64,000 nt of DNA, from assembly GCA_964478715.1 (NCBI GenBank), contig CAYZIY010000007.1, forward strand, positions 20,220-84,219, read 5' to 3'. Shown piece after piece: positions 22,095 to 31,039 of the stretch. Below the pieces are notes generated by a model. That model did not search any database. It was not told the origin of the DNA and saw nothing but the letters and a program-made list of their open reading frames with translations. This DNA comes from an uncultured Planctomycetales bacterium. GTDB taxonomy: Bacteria; Omnitrophota; Gorgyraeia; Zapsychrales; JBDRMG01. Each line of letters starts with the position of its first letter. Position 1 is the first letter of the stretch. Both the position numbers and the translations under genes were made by a program.

Positions 22095-22470
22095 TCAGGG
22101 CGAAACAGTAAAAAACAGGTCACAGCGATACCCCCCCATGATGGGGAGCCTCCCCAAAGACAGGCTGGCATAAATAAGAATCCTCGCAGCCAAAACCAGC
22201 AATAAATATCCGGACAAAGCGCTTTGAATGCTTACGCCTAAAACTTTAAAAATCAGAGCATAATAGTAAGGCATAAAAGGTCTATAGTGCCACCAGAAAT
22301 AGCAGTAAGGTAAGGTGCCTTTACATGCTTTCTTGAATGCGTACAAATCCCGGCCATGGTCACCAGCGGCAAGGAAATATTGGAAATTGTAAAATGGCCA
22401 CAGGGTAAAGGCACCAAGACGCCCTAAGAGTCTCCAGCCAAAATATTTTTTATACTTAGACGTAAATAAA
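22095..22470 (-). pseudogene. N-terminal remnant of an ArnT/PMT-like (GT83/GT39) membrane glycosyltransferase
   Basis: Reverse-frame translation ...GDHGRDLYAFKKACKGTLPYCYFWWHYRPFMPYYYALIFKVLGVSIQSALSGYLLLVLAARILIYASLSLGRL matches the ArnT N-terminal pattern D..RYA...G.W..P...Y..KPPL.YW..A..FKLFGV.E...RL.SAL.G. No in-frame ATG, GTG or TTG after an upstream TAA. Frame stops after about 110 codons. Downstream sequence is non-coding. Confidence 0.4.
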
Positions 22471-22640
22471 GATGAATGCCAGATTTAATTAGTTTAATTC
22501 TAAAAGAGTTTTCATGAAGCGGCAAATACCTTTCCTCTTTTCAATAAGTGGGGGTGGGTATCAGGACATAAATTATAGAAAAATAATTTGACATTGTATA
22601 GATTATAATATATAAGTATATACGTATAAAGGAATAATGC

Positions 22641-22997
22641 ATGAACAAAAAAATGACCATGAATATTAAATTCTTAAGACAAATATTAAAAACGCTTGGA
22701 GACGACACAAGGCTAAGGATTCTTTATCTTCTTTCTCAAAAAGAAATCAGTGTCAAAGATATCTGTAAAAAGCTTCATGTCTCACAGCCAACTATTTCAA
22801 AGCATTTGATGCGTTTGCGTATGATGCGTATGGTCACCGATCGAAGATGCGGCAATCAGGTTAATTACAGAATTGAATATGACAGCGAGCAGGGGCAATT
22901 GATTCATTTGGTGATCCAAGAGGGCCGCAGGCTGGGCGTTTTCTCAAAAAAGACGGAAGCAGAAAAAGGTCATAAAGTCTCAGCGGGAAGGAGGTGA
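22641..22997 (+). CDS. ArsR/SmtB-family metalloregulator-type transcriptional repressor
   Basis: LGDDTRLRILYLLSQKEISVKDICKKLHVSQPTISKHLMRL winged-HTH. TTGACA and an AT-rich palindrome (tatagattataatatata) upstream. Confidence 0.8.
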   Translation: MNKKMTMNIKFLRQILKTLGDDTRLRILYLLSQKEISVKDICKKLHVSQPTISKHLMRLRMMRMVTDRRCGNQVNYRIEYDSEQGQLIHLVIQEGRRLGVFSKKTEAEKGHKVSAGRR

Positions 22998-23004
22998 TGT
23001 AGAC

Positions 23005-23364
23005 ATGATTAGTAGAAGTGCAACGATATTATTAATATTGTCTTTAGTCTTTGCGGGAGGCGGGGTTTGGGCGCAAGAGAATGAGCAAGCAATGAAAATC
23101 AATTTTTCATACGGCAGGGTTGTAAGAATTTTGGATGATCAGATTGTGGTGAATGAATATGATGAAATGGGAGAAAAAGAGATTGAAGTTATTTATGTCA
23201 TCAACGATCAGACTGCTCTTGAGAACGCAAATTCTATCACAGACCTAATTGAGGGAGATTATATTGATATTGATTATCGTATTATTGATGGACAAAATAT
23301 AGCTTTGTTGATAGTCGGAGATACTTATGATGAAGAAGAATTCGAATTCTGGGGCAATGAATGA
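23005..23364 (+). CDS. Hypothetical secreted protein (signal peptide, acidic)
   Basis: N-terminal ILLILSLVFAGGGVWA signal peptide. No known domain. Confidence 0.5.
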   Translation: MISRSATILLILSLVFAGGGVWAQENEQAMKINFSYGRVVRILDDQIVVNEYDEMGEKEIEVIYVINDQTALENANSITDLIEGDYIDIDYRIIDGQNIALLIVGDTYDEEEFEFWGNE

Positions 23365-23429
23365 CAATAGACAAGTGTCTTAGGGCGTCTATTCTCTGGG
23401 ACATTCAGTCATACTGAAAGGATGAAGAA

Positions 23430-23705
23430 ATGAGAAGATTAGGCGTTATTGTATTGATTATTCTACTTATGAGTTCCACAATGGCTTCGGCGGCGCTTCG
23501 CAGTGATCGAATCGCGGTGCGTGGGGAAATCGTGTCGACCGATACTTACAGGGGCACAGTAACGGTTAAGGTTGGTGATGAAAGAATGACATTCCAGGTT
23601 TTAAAAGGGGTGAGCCCTTCTTTGAGCCAGGGAGATCGCGTTCTAGTTATCTACAAGAAGGGGACGACACAAGCAACAATGGTCAGAAAAACAAAGGTCA
23701 GATAA
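23430..23705 (+). CDS. Hypothetical small secreted protein
   Basis: Signal peptide VIVLIILLMSSTMASA. 91 aa. Confidence 0.5.
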   Translation: MRRLGVIVLIILLMSSTMASAALRSDRIAVRGEIVSTDTYRGTVTVKVGDERMTFQVLKGVSPSLSQGDRVLVIYKKGTTQATMVRKTKVR

Positions 23706-23735
23706 CAGGACCTATTGAATTTTGGAAAAGAGGCT

Positions 23736-23786
23736 CAAGAAGCGGCCGTCAGTCGAATGATTGTTTTCAAGGCCGCTTCTTGAGCC
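23736..23786 (+). terminator. 16-bp perfect inverted repeat (GGCTCAAGAAGCGGCC ... GGCCGCTTCTTGAGCC), a likely terminator for the ArsR island
   Basis: Seen directly. No long T-run, so it may be a bidirectional or Rho-assisted stop. Confidence 0.45.
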
Positions 23787-23868
23787 TATTCTGTTAAATA
23801 AAACCTTTGACTGTCTTTCTTGATATGATATAAATACTAGCATTAACTCCAATTAAAAAATAACAATT

Positions 23869-24522
23869 ATGCAAAAATTTCATTTTACTGATTGCATTGA
23901 AATCAAAGAGCTTTTGGGGAAGAAAGCAGAAAACGAAAAACAGCTTCTCGATTATATTGAAGAAGTTCCGGCGGATTCGATTTATTTTCATACGCACAGT
24001 TATTTCTTAAGACATTTCTATATTGCCGGACCTTATCCCAATGATTTTGCCAATTGGGCTGCCATTCAGTTGCGCGACAAAGTTCTGGGGGAAAAGCTTT
24101 CGGCTATTACTCCTAAGGCCAGTTACAGTATTGAATCAATCCGCAATGAATTGATCGAAGTGATCGACGATCATCTGTCCTCTTATCAAGTTGCCCCCGC
24201 TTTGCAGTACGGTCAGCCTTTTTATTTTATGAAATCCAAGATTATCGAAGTGCCTACTCATTTAAAGGCGGAGAATCTTAACGAGTTCAGAGAGGCTTTG
24301 AAAATTGTTGACGCTAGCGCGATCTATAATCATATTTTTGAATCGCGAATGCGTATACGCAAAGGCAAAAGCGATTTTTCTATTTGGCTGGACCAGTCAC
24401 TGGGATTAAAAGAATTATCCGATAAAATCGAAGGGATTGATTGTTATATGTATTCTCTCGAAGACCTGCGGGAAAGAATCCTTCATTTATGCGATCAGCA
24501 ACTGAAAAGGATCCAGTTATGA
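23869..24522 (+). CDS. Conserved hypothetical protein (DUF5752-like), translationally coupled to treT
   Basis: 217-aa ORF whose stop overlaps the treT ATG (ATGA). Assignment to DUF5752 is from memory only. Confidence 0.5.
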   Translation: MQKFHFTDCIEIKELLGKKAENEKQLLDYIEEVPADSIYFHTHSYFLRHFYIAGPYPNDFANWAAIQLRDKVLGEKLSAITPKASYSIESIRNELIEVIDDHLSSYQVAPALQYGQPFYFMKSKIIEVPTHLKAENLNEFREALKIVDASAIYNHIFESRMRIRKGKSDFSIWLDQSLGLKELSDKIEGIDCYMYSLEDLRERILHLCDQQLKRIQL

Positions 24523-25730
24523 ACCGCCATTCAGTGACGATAGAATCCTATCGCGAGATTGCCCCTCCGGGTATTGTTGATTTGGCCTATCGCTTGGCCG
24601 AAAAACTCAAAGGCCGTTCTTTTCTTCATGTCAATTCAACGCGTTACGGCGGTGGCGTGGCCGAAATGCTTCATCGCTTGCTTCCTCTTTTTGAGAACCT
24701 CGGATTAAATGTTCGCTGGGAAGTGATCGAAGGTTATCCGGAATTCTATCAGGTCACCAAAAGTTTTCATAATGCTCTCCAGGGACAGTTGCAAATCATC
24801 ACGGATGAAATGTACGATGCTTATGTGAAATGTAATCGAAAAAACGCCAGGTCGTTGGATCTTAAGGCCGATATGGTTGTCATTCATGATCCCCAACCCG
24901 CCGCCATGATTCCTAAAAACCGACGTTCCTCCAAATGGGTATGGCGTTGTCATATAGATGCATCTAGACCCCAGCGTAAAGTTTGGAATTTTTTAAGAAA
25001 TTACGTCTCTCTTTATGATGGAGCCATATTTTCACTACCGGATTTTGCCCAGAAGCTGAGTATCCCCCAGTTTTTGATTTATCCGTCCATTGATCCTCTG
25101 GCCGATAAAAACCGAGATCTCTCGAATAAAGAAATCGATACCGTGATAAAAAAATATGATTTGCCAACGGATAAGCCAATGATTTTACAAGTATCCCGTT
25201 TTGATCGTTTTAAAGATCCTATCGGAGTGATTCAGGCTTATCAGATGGTCAAGAAACACAATGACTGTTGCCTCGTATTGGCTGGGGGCGGAGCTGCTGA
25301 CGATCCTGAGGGGCTCCAGGTCCTCAATGAGGTTAAGGACGTGGCTAGCCACGATTCGGATCTTTATATTTTAGATCTTCCGCCGGATTCCAATATAGAA
25401 ATCAATGCTCTGCAAAGAGCGGCTGCCGTGGTTTTGCAAAAATCTATTAAAGAAGGATTCGGTTTGACCGTGGCTGAAGCGATGTGGAAGGCCAAGCCGG
25501 TGATCGGTGGATTTGTGGGTGGGATTACTGTCCAGGTTGTTTATGGACAAACAGGTTATACCGTTCACTCCATTGAAGGGTGTGCTCACCGAATCCGTTA
25601 TTTTCTTAATAATCCGCTTATTGCCCAAGAAATGGGCCAGAGAGCTAAAGAATATACCCGAAGAAATTTCTTGATCACCCGTCATGTTTGCGACTACCTA
25701 GCCTTGATGACATCTCTGTTGAAGCTTTAA
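24519..25730 (+). CDS. treT: Trehalose glycosyltransferring synthase (GT4; NDP-glucose plus glucose gives trehalose)
   Basis: LKGRSFLHVNSTRYGGGVAEMLHRLLPLF...EFYQVTKSFHNALQG and REGFGLTVAEAMWKAKPVIGG blocks closely parallel archaeal/Thermococcales TreT. Confidence 0.85.
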   Translation: MNRHSVTIESYREIAPPGIVDLAYRLAEKLKGRSFLHVNSTRYGGGVAEMLHRLLPLFENLGLNVRWEVIEGYPEFYQVTKSFHNALQGQLQIITDEMYDAYVKCNRKNARSLDLKADMVVIHDPQPAAMIPKNRRSSKWVWRCHIDASRPQRKVWNFLRNYVSLYDGAIFSLPDFAQKLSIPQFLIYPSIDPLADKNRDLSNKEIDTVIKKYDLPTDKPMILQVSRFDRFKDPIGVIQAYQMVKKHNDCCLVLAGGGAADDPEGLQVLNEVKDVASHDSDLYILDLPPDSNIEINALQRAAAVVLQKSIKEGFGLTVAEAMWKAKPVIGGFVGGITVQVVYGQTGYTVHSIEGCAHRIRYFLNNPLIAQEMGQRAKEYTRRNFLITRHVCDYLALMTSLLKL

Positions 25731-25837
25731 TTTGCTCAATTTTGGCTCAATTTTGGCCTTTTCATTTCTCCTGCCTTTTTGCACGAATTGTGTTAAAATA
25801 GCCCGCAATAAAAACACATTAGCGAGAGGGTTGTTAA

Positions 25838-26161
25838 ATGCCAATTTCCATTGACGAATTTAAGAAATTAGAACTCAAAATAGGCCAAATTAAGGAAGCT
25901 TCCGATCATCCCAACGCCGACAAGCTGTATCTTCTGAAGGTCGATATCGGCGGGGAGATTAGGCAGCTGGTGGCTGGAATCAGAAATTCGTACACAAAAG
26001 AGTCCCTGATAGGAAAATATGTAGCCGTTGTTTCTAATCTTCAGCCGGCAACGATCCGGGGAGAAGAGTCTCAGGGAATGGTGTTGGCTGCATCCGATAA
26101 GAAAGGCATTGCCTTACTTTCTCCAGATCGGGAAGTGGTCCCGGGAAGCGGGATTCGTTAA
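25838..26161 (+). CDS. tRNA-binding OB-fold protein (CsaA / Trbp111 / EMAP-II-like)
   Basis: LELKIGQIKEASDHPNADKLYLLKVDIGGEIRQLVAGIRNSY is the classic Myf/EMAP tRNA-binding domain signature. Confidence 0.7.
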   Translation: MPISIDEFKKLELKIGQIKEASDHPNADKLYLLKVDIGGEIRQLVAGIRNSYTKESLIGKYVAVVSNLQPATIRGEESQGMVLAASDKKGIALLSPDREVVPGSGIR

Positions 26162-26163
26162 TT

Positions 26164-26580
26164 ATGACAGTCAAAACCCAATATCTTCATTTTTCTTCTC
26201 AGGGTCATACGGATATTATTGATTTGACGCGCAAGGTTATCCAGGAACTTGAGACAACCCGATTACAAAACGGCATAGTGACTATGAATGTGGGCGGCTC
26301 TACCGCGGCCTTGACGACTTGCGAATATGAATCCGGATTAATCCAGGATCTCAAAGAACTTTTTGCCCGCCTGATTCCTCCCGGCAATTATCATCATGAC
26401 CGGGCCTGGGGTGATGGTAACGGACATTCGCATTTGCGCGCTTCACTGATAGGGCCGTCTTTGAGTATTCCCTTTTCGAAGGGAGAGCTGGTCTTGGGGA
26501 CCTGGCAGCAGATTATTTTTATCGATTTTGATAACCGAGCCCGTCGGCGAAAAGTTATTCTGCAGTTTTTGGGAGAATAG
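26164..26580 (+). CDS. YjbQ/UPF0047 family protein (secondary thiamine-phosphate synthase-like)
   Basis: HTDIIDLT...GIVTMNVGGSTAALTTCEYESG...HLRASLIGPSLSIP family pattern. Second paralogue at 40721-41137. Confidence 0.8.
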   Translation: MTVKTQYLHFSSQGHTDIIDLTRKVIQELETTRLQNGIVTMNVGGSTAALTTCEYESGLIQDLKELFARLIPPGNYHHDRAWGDGNGHSHLRASLIGPSLSIPFSKGELVLGTWQQIIFIDFDNRARRRKVILQFLGE

Positions 26581-26582
26581 GA

Positions 26583-27068
26583 ATGTTGAAAAATCTCAAA
26601 TCCTTTGTTTCTGAAACCTTTTGTTTGCAGTGCGAAGGATGCTGTCGCTTTGATCAGAAAGACAGTGTCTGGCGTCCTCGTATCAGTGATTCAGAGAAAG
26701 AGACTTTTGCTTCTGCAATGGATGAAAATGGATTCTTGATGACGAACAAATCGGATGATCACTATATTTGCCAGTTTTTTGATCCGGCCAGTCACCGCTG
26801 CCATATCTATCAAACGCGACCGTTTGAATGTCGTCTTTATCCGTTTATGATCACAAAGAGCAGTGATTTTCTTCATTTGCTGGCGCATCGGCACTGTGCT
26901 TTTATCCTGCAGACAGAGAAAACGGACGAATTTGTTTCCTATATTGAATATTTAAGAGAACTTTTTTCTCAACAAGCCGTACGAAGATGGCTTGCGCAAT
27001 ATCAACCTTACGCTTTGGATTATTCCCGCTTTCATGAGGAATTTGCTTATCTTTTCCAGCTCACCTAA
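26583..27068 (+). CDS. YkgJ-family CxxCxxCC zinc/iron-sulfur cluster protein (UPF0153)
   Basis: CLQCEGCCRF ... CQFFDPASHRCHIYQTRPFECRLYPF cysteine pattern. Confidence 0.65.
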   Translation: MLKNLKSFVSETFCLQCEGCCRFDQKDSVWRPRISDSEKETFASAMDENGFLMTNKSDDHYICQFFDPASHRCHIYQTRPFECRLYPFMITKSSDFLHLLAHRHCAFILQTEKTDEFVSYIEYLRELFSQQAVRRWLAQYQPYALDYSRFHEEFAYLFQLT

Positions 27069-27071
27069 AGG

Positions 27072-27968
27072 ATGGTTAAGGTGTCGTTTTTATTTCATAA
27101 AGAAAAAATTGAATTCTATTTGAAAAAAACAGATCGTTATTGTTCCGCTTTCTCCTTTGTTAGCTTATTTGCCTGGGATGATTATTTTGATTATGATTGT
27201 CAAGTTCATGACGATCAGTTGTGTATTTTTGCCGAAAATAATGTGGGAACGTTTTTGGTTCTGCCGCCTTTGGGAAAAACGCTTAATCGAGAAGTCATAG
27301 ATTTCTGTTTTAAGCAGATGCAGTATAAAAACAAAAACGGTGGAATTTCACGCATCGAAAACATCACTGAGTCTCTTTTGCCTTTCTATAGGGCAAACAA
27401 ATATTGTTTGTATGAAAAATCTAAGGAATATATCTATCGACGGGAAGATATTGCCGAGCTTAAAGGCGCGCGCTTTAAAAACAGACGCCATCAGCTGAAT
27501 CAGTTTCAAAGTCATTTCCGGGGTCGTTTTGTTCCTTATGAGTCCAGTATGCTGGATGACTGTGGCAGGCTCTATTCCCGTTGGTCCAAACAGCGCCTGA
27601 CTAAAAACCAGGATTCTGTTTACGCGCAGATGATTAAAGACAATGAGAGCGTTCATCAAAAACTTCTTCGTTTTCATAGGGAACTGGGACTGATTGGGCG
27701 CGTGGTGGAAATTGACGAGAGTCTCTGCGGTTACAGCTTTGGATACGCTTTAAACGAAACAACATTTTGTATTGTATTGGAGATTGCGGATCTTGAGGTC
27801 AAAGGATTACCGGCTTATATCTTTAATCAATTCTGCCGGGATGATGAAGTCAAAAATTATCTCTGGATCAATGCCATGGATGACTTTGAGATGGAACAAT
27901 TGCAAAGGACGAAACTATCCTATCGGCCAACCTCAACACCGGGGATGTATGTAGCCAGCCAGAACTAG
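27072..27968 (+). CDS. DUF2156 / LPG-synthase C-terminal-domain-like protein (aminoacyl-tRNA-dependent acyltransferase fold?)
   Basis: CSAFSFVSLFAWDDYF resembles the conserved opening of PF09924 (ysdfsFaNLfsW). No membrane domain. Confidence 0.45.
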   Translation: MVKVSFLFHKEKIEFYLKKTDRYCSAFSFVSLFAWDDYFDYDCQVHDDQLCIFAENNVGTFLVLPPLGKTLNREVIDFCFKQMQYKNKNGGISRIENITESLLPFYRANKYCLYEKSKEYIYRREDIAELKGARFKNRRHQLNQFQSHFRGRFVPYESSMLDDCGRLYSRWSKQRLTKNQDSVYAQMIKDNESVHQKLLRFHRELGLIGRVVEIDESLCGYSFGYALNETTFCIVLEIADLEVKGLPAYIFNQFCRDDEVKNYLWINAMDDFEMEQLQRTKLSYRPTSTPGMYVASQN

Positions 27969-27972
27969 AGCC

Positions 27973-28791
27973 ATGCAGGAATTATTTACAAATCGGTATA
28001 TCATTTTTGATGTCGAGACGACGGGATTATCCCCGGCTTATGGAGATCGAGTCGTTGAAATTGCCGCTGTGAAACTTCAAGATATGAAGATTGTTGATCA
28101 GTTTCATGCACTGGTTAATCCTGAGCGCGAAATTTCCTTTCGGGCCTACCTCGTTAACGGCATTACCCCGGAAATGGTTCAGGATGCCTTGAAGGCGGAG
28201 GATGTCTTTCCTTCATTTTTGCAGTTTATCGGCTCTTCCACTTTGGTGGGGCACAATGTCAAATTCGATACAGCTTTTCTAAGCAATGAGTTGGCATTAA
28301 TCGGCGAGAGACAAAAAAGGAAGTGGAAAACGGTTGATACGCTTCGTATGGCCAGGGGGCTTCGGCCCGGTCTTTCCAGTTATTCTTTATTATCAGTCGC
28401 CCAAAGTTTTCAGATTAAGAAAAACCAGGAGCATAGAGCTCTCTCCGATGTTTATCTTACATATGATATTTTCTGCCGATTGATGGAGTTAGCCGCAGAA
28501 AAAGCTTTGAACGAGGATCACCTTTTAGTGCGCTTGTTTGGTCAGGGAGAAACAAGCCGTCGCGAAGAAGAGAGGCAGAAGATTTCTTTGATCCGCGAAG
28601 CCATTGAACAAAAGAGAGAAGTACGCCTCGCTTACTTTAGCGCCGCAAGAATTTCTTTAACAGAGCGAAGAGTGCTGCCTCAAAAAATTGTCAAAGAGAG
28701 AAGCATAACCAAACTGGTCGGTTTTTGTCACTTGCGTAGAGAGCAAAGGGATTTTCGTCTTGATCGAATCATGCAATTACAAAAAATATAA
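27973..28791 (+). CDS. DEDDh 3'-5' exonuclease (DnaQ/epsilon-like) fused to a C-terminal WYL-like domain
   Basis: IIFDVETTGL Exo I motif and H-x4-D (HRALSDV) Exo III motif. C-terminal LVGFCHLRREQRDFRLDRI matches the WYL core (ayc.lr...R.FrldRI). Confidence 0.65.
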   Translation: MQELFTNRYIIFDVETTGLSPAYGDRVVEIAAVKLQDMKIVDQFHALVNPEREISFRAYLVNGITPEMVQDALKAEDVFPSFLQFIGSSTLVGHNVKFDTAFLSNELALIGERQKRKWKTVDTLRMARGLRPGLSSYSLLSVAQSFQIKKNQEHRALSDVYLTYDIFCRLMELAAEKALNEDHLLVRLFGQGETSRREEERQKISLIREAIEQKREVRLAYFSAARISLTERRVLPQKIVKERSITKLVGFCHLRREQRDFRLDRIMQLQKI

Positions 28792-30169
28792 GGTTGATGC
28801 GGATGCTTTTGATATCTTTTCTCTGTTTTGTAATCGACCTTATTGTTTTTTTCTTGATAGCAGCTTAAAAAACGTTTCCAGCAGTCGGTATTCCTTTATC
28901 GGTTTTGATCCTTTCGACGTTTTCGAAGCCAAAGATGCCAAGGAGCTTTGCTCCTTACGCCGGAAGTTCAATAAATATCAGCTTCCTCGTCAATATTGGC
29001 CTACTCCTTTTCCTGCCGGACTGATGGGTTTTTTCAGCTATGATTTTGGTTTGACCTTTGAACGGTTGAAAAGAAGTATTCCCTCTGAATTAAATGGATC
29101 CGAATGCCTGTTTGGTTTTTATGATACGGTTATCACGATAGATCATCAAAGAAAGACGTTAATTATCACATCAACCGGATTGCCGGAAACAAACACTTCG
29201 ATGAGAGAAAAACGAAGCCGACAGAGACTTAAGATGATCGAAAAACGTCTTTCTCAATTACGTCCAAAAAAAGAATGGGAAGGTAGTCCTTTCGATTCCG
29301 ATGATCTTCGCATAAACACAGAGCGGATGATATCCAATTTTACCAAAGGGGATTATCTTCAAGCTGTTCAAAAAGCCCGGGATTACATCGAGCAGGGAGA
29401 TATTTATCAGGTCAACTTATCTCAAAAATTCCAATGTCCTTTTGTAAATGATTTCTCTAATTCGCTTGCGGGTCTCTATCAAAGATTGCGCGAACTTTCT
29501 CCATCAAGTTTCGGGGCTTATTTTGATGCCCAATCTTTGCGAATATTGTGCACATCACCGGAAGAGTTCGTTAAGATTAACGGCCAGAAAATTTGGACTC
29601 GTCCCATGAAAGGAACACGTCCGCGCGGGTCAGATGCCCAAAAGGATAATCTATTGCGCAAAGAATTGCTGGCAAGTTCCAAAGAACGGGCCGAGCTGAT
29701 GATGATCACCGATATGTTACGAAATGACTTAGGGCGGATCTGCCGTTTTGGAAGTGTCAATGTCCGTCAATTGAGAACTTTGGAAGCTTATGCAACAGTG
29801 TTTCAAACAACCTCATGGATCGAGGGAATCCTTGACAGAAATAGGGATGTTTTTGATGTTTGGGAGGCCCTTTTGCCAGGGGGATCCATTACCGGTTGTC
29901 CTAAAATTCGCGCCATGGAGATTATCGAAGAGCTGGAGCCCAGCCGTCGGTCGCTTTATACCGGCACGCTGGGTTATTTGAGTTTTACCGGTAATGTAAA
30001 CTTCAATATTTTGATCCGGACAGCCTTGGCCCGGAGAAATACGTTAAGCTTTCAGGTCGGAGGCGGTATTGTCGCCGACAGCGACCCCGAAAGAGAATAT
30101 GCCGAAACTTTGGTCAAGGCTAAGGCGATGATTCAGGCGATGAACAAACGAGCTTTAACTGCAGGATGA
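28760..30169 (+). CDS. pabB: Aminodeoxychorismate synthase component I (chorismate-binding enzyme)
   Basis: N-terminal PYCFFLDSS and GDIYQVNLSQKF, C-terminal chorismate-binding block (PGGSITGCPK). The start is uncertain because the ORF overlaps the upstream gene by 32 nt. Confidence 0.8.
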   Translation: MIESCNYKKYKVDADAFDIFSLFCNRPYCFFLDSSLKNVSSSRYSFIGFDPFDVFEAKDAKELCSLRRKFNKYQLPRQYWPTPFPAGLMGFFSYDFGLTFERLKRSIPSELNGSECLFGFYDTVITIDHQRKTLIITSTGLPETNTSMREKRSRQRLKMIEKRLSQLRPKKEWEGSPFDSDDLRINTERMISNFTKGDYLQAVQKARDYIEQGDIYQVNLSQKFQCPFVNDFSNSLAGLYQRLRELSPSSFGAYFDAQSLRILCTSPEEFVKINGQKIWTRPMKGTRPRGSDAQKDNLLRKELLASSKERAELMMITDMLRNDLGRICRFGSVNVRQLRTLEAYATVFQTTSWIEGILDRNRDVFDVWEALLPGGSITGCPKIRAMEIIEELEPSRRSLYTGTLGYLSFTGNVNFNILIRTALARRNTLSFQVGGGIVADSDPEREYAETLVKAKAMIQAMNKRALTAG

Positions 30170-30176
30170 TCTATCG

Positions 30177-31001
30177 ATGAAATGCGCTTTTATCATTATT
30201 GACGATCGGGTAATGCCCCCAAATCCAAGAATTTTGCGCGATTATTCCCCCGGTTACTTGCTCGGTAATGGTTTGTTTGAAACCTTGCGGCTAAGAAAGG
30301 GGTATCCTGTTGATTTCAAGGCGCATTTAACGCGCATGAAAAAAGGAATTTCCGTATTGAATCTTTCTCCTCCTTTTTCGTTTAAAAAAGTTGAAAGATC
30401 TGTTTTAGAAGCGATTGAAAAAAGCGGTATCGATAACGGTCGCTTACGTTTTAGCATTTGGAAAAGATACGGGAAAATCCATACGAGCACGGTCATCCAG
30501 CGCCAGGGGGTGCGTTTAAAGAGTGATTCGTCAAAAGCGTACAGGGCGTGTTGGGCTCATCTAATTATCAATGAGGCATCACCGACAATCGGTATTAAAT
30601 CATTTGACTACAGATTATTTCTTAGGGCTCGCCGTTATGCAGAGCGAAGAGGATACGAGGAGGCGCTTTTGTGCAATCGCAAAAATTGTATCGTCGAAGG
30701 ATCTCACTCCAATATTTTTTGGATCAAGAGGGGTTGTCTGCATACTCCCGACCTGAAGACCGGCTGTCTGCCCGGCATTACCAGGGCCAGGGTGATGCGG
30801 ATTGCTAAACAGCTCGGCCTTAAGATTCGCCGAACCCAAAGCCGCAGGAAAGAGCTTTTTGATTGTCAGGAGGTTTTTCTGACAAATAGCCTGTTTGGAA
30901 TCATGCCCCTGGTATCTCTGGAAAGAATCAAAATTGCCGACGGCAGACCTGGGCAATTGACAAAGCAATTACGCGTAAAATTAGAAAAAGAGATTGGGTA
31001 A
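30177..31001 (+). CDS. pabC: Class IV aminotransferase-fold protein, probable aminodeoxychorismate lyase
   Basis: Fold-type IV PLP enzyme pattern (GLFET, EGSHSNIF). Adjacent to pabB. Confidence 0.7.
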   Translation: MKCAFIIIDDRVMPPNPRILRDYSPGYLLGNGLFETLRLRKGYPVDFKAHLTRMKKGISVLNLSPPFSFKKVERSVLEAIEKSGIDNGRLRFSIWKRYGKIHTSTVIQRQGVRLKSDSSKAYRACWAHLIINEASPTIGIKSFDYRLFLRARRYAERRGYEEALLCNRKNCIVEGSHSNIFWIKRGCLHTPDLKTGCLPGITRARVMRIAKQLGLKIRRTQSRRKELFDCQEVFLTNSLFGIMPLVSLERIKIADGRPGQLTKQLRVKLEKEIG

Positions 31002-31039
31002 TTTCTTAAAAAAATATAAGTTTTTAGTTTGCTTGTCTT

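Noticed and set aside
28760-28791. Programmed frameshift or fusion between the exonuclease-WYL gene and pabB (32-nt overlap)
   Set aside because: Overlap of this size is common with alternative downstream starts. Both proteins look complete on their own.
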